The notes under the pieces: model-generated | The model's input: only the letters and a program-made list of their open reading frames with translations | The model's database searches: none | Told to the model about the DNA's origin: nothing | In this document: piece by piece, positions 62,589 through 64,000 of the stretch | How the letters are laid out: each line of letters opens with the position of its first letter | Numbering within the stretch: position 1 is the first letter of the stretch | Origin: Azolla caroliniana | Taxonomy: Eukaryota; Plantae; Polypodiophyta | Length of the DNA stretch: 64,000 bases | Direction: 5' to 3' | NCBI GenBank assembly: GCA_043228905.1 | Contig: JBHGNT010000005.1 | Span: 8,928,001 to 8,992,000 of the forward strand | Made by a program: the position numbers and the translations under genes

Positions 62589-63343
62589 CCGGCAACCTTC
62601 CAACAAATCATCATGGAGATTTTCAGAGAATTCATTCTGGCATTCATGCAGGTGTTCCTGGACAACTTTGTTGTTTATAGCCGGGAAGGGGATCACCTTC
62701 AGCACCTCCAACTATGTCTGGAGAAATGTAGGGTTTACCAATTAAGCCTTAACCCGGCAAAATGCGTGTTCGGAGAGTCCAACGGAGCGTTACTTGGCCA
62801 CATCGTGAGCAAGGACCGTATTATAGTGGATCCAGACAAGGTCAAAGCTATTTTGGACACACCAGCACCAACCACAGCAAAGGCATTAAGCCGGTTCTTA
62901 GGACAAATTCGGTGGCATAGCCGAATGCTCCGGTATCTGGCAGACCCGGCTACACCATTGCATGCCATGGTAAATCGGACACCGTTCCAATGGACGGACA
63001 CAGAAGACAAGGCTTACCGGGCACTAAAAGTAGTATTGTCACAAGCGCCGGTGGTGCAACCTCCGGATTGGTCTAAAGAGTTCCATGTGTTCGTTGACGC
63101 GTCCGACATCGCAATCGGGAGCGCGCTTATGCAACTTACAGAACCTAAGTGGTACCGGCCAATGTATTATGCCAGCCGGAAGCTGTCCCAAGCAGAACGT
63201 AATTATTCCACAACAGAAAGAGAGGCCTTGGGCATTATCTACAGTGTCACCAAGTTTAGACACTATCTGTTGGGAAGGAAATTTTCCTTTCACATAGATC
63301 ATTCGACGCTCCTCTATTTGGTGTCCAAAGCATCACTCACCGG
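62589..63343 (+). mobile_element. RT/RNase H fragment of another Gypsy element, target of element B and of the chromovirus
   Basis: PATFQQIIMEIF...VFLDNFVVYS...LNPAKC...FHVFVDASDIAIG...YASRKLSQAERNYSTTEREALG. Confidence 0.9.
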
Positions 63344-64000
63344 TATTATTATAGATCTAGGTACTAAAGTAAGCTTAAGATAAGGATAAAGTAATGATAG
63401 ATAGAAAGGAGAAAGAGAAAGAAGGGTGCCGATCCACCCGACCACCCCCGAGCGAAGGGATCGAGATGGACTCGAGCCTCGATCGGCGTCCCATACCACC
63501 GCCGTGGCGTCGAGTCGTACCTGGTGCTGGCGCGCTCGCTACAAGAGTTCACCCACCACAAGAGCAGAGTCTCGATGTAGTCAAAAGATGATCAAATGAG
63601 GGTAGCTAGGCCTCTTATTTATAGCGACACCCAAGGCCCCCAGGCAAGTTCACACTTGACCTAATGGGTTGTCTCAATCTCGAGGATTAAAAGTAATCCT
63701 CCCCTTCTTTACACTCTCGTTTAACCCTCACACTTATCCACGTGTATAGAATACTACGGTAAATTCTCACCACGAAATATTAAATTGTCATGCTCGTAAC
63801 ATACTCCCCCTCTTTAAAACATTGCACTCTTGCAATGGAAAGTTAGGGAAATTAGTTCTGAGAGTATTTTCGCGTTCCCATGTGGCATCTTTTATTGATT
63901 TATCCATCCATTTTATTTTAAATTCTCGGATTTCTTTAGTACGTAATTTTTTTGTTTTAATATCGAGAATTCTTTCTGGTACATGTGGTTTAGAAGATAA
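63344..64000 (-). mobile_element. Chromovirus 3' end: chromodomain, PPT and 3' LTR (63344-63801)
   Basis: Minus strand PERILDIKTKKLRTKEIREFKIKWMDKSIKDATWERENTL, PPT AAAGAGGGGGAG, LTR starting TGTTACGAGC. Confidence 0.85.

Overview
Eukaryotic, intron-rich land-plant genomic DNA. It is probably from a flagellated-sperm lineage such as a fern; this is inferred from an MNS1-like ciliary gene and the style of the PPR and LTR sequences. The window has two parts. (1) A gene island at about 1-27.5 kb holds a decayed PPR pseudogene, a B3-domain (REM-type) gene, a 2OG-Fe(II)/P4H-like oxygenase whose last intron carries a LINE fragment and a hAT MITE, a RING-H2 E3 ligase, and a 15-exon MNS1-like gene (minus strand) that seems to need three GC-AG introns. 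(2) A transposon nest at about 27.8-64 kb holds a Ty3/Gypsy element inserted into an unknown zinc-finger ORF. That element contains a full-length Copia and an apparently intact hAT, and its 5' half has been flipped by a ~6-kb inversion or misassembly. The nest also has solo LTRs, further Gypsy and chromovirus fragments, and a Sola2-like DDD transposon. The Sola2-like element carries a convergent RING / FCP1-like accessory gene, two ~1-kb intronic arrays of the palindrome TAGCTAATTAGCTA and an 83-bp subterminal tandem array. It is the best candidate here for an undescribed system. All calls are by eye; no database search was run.
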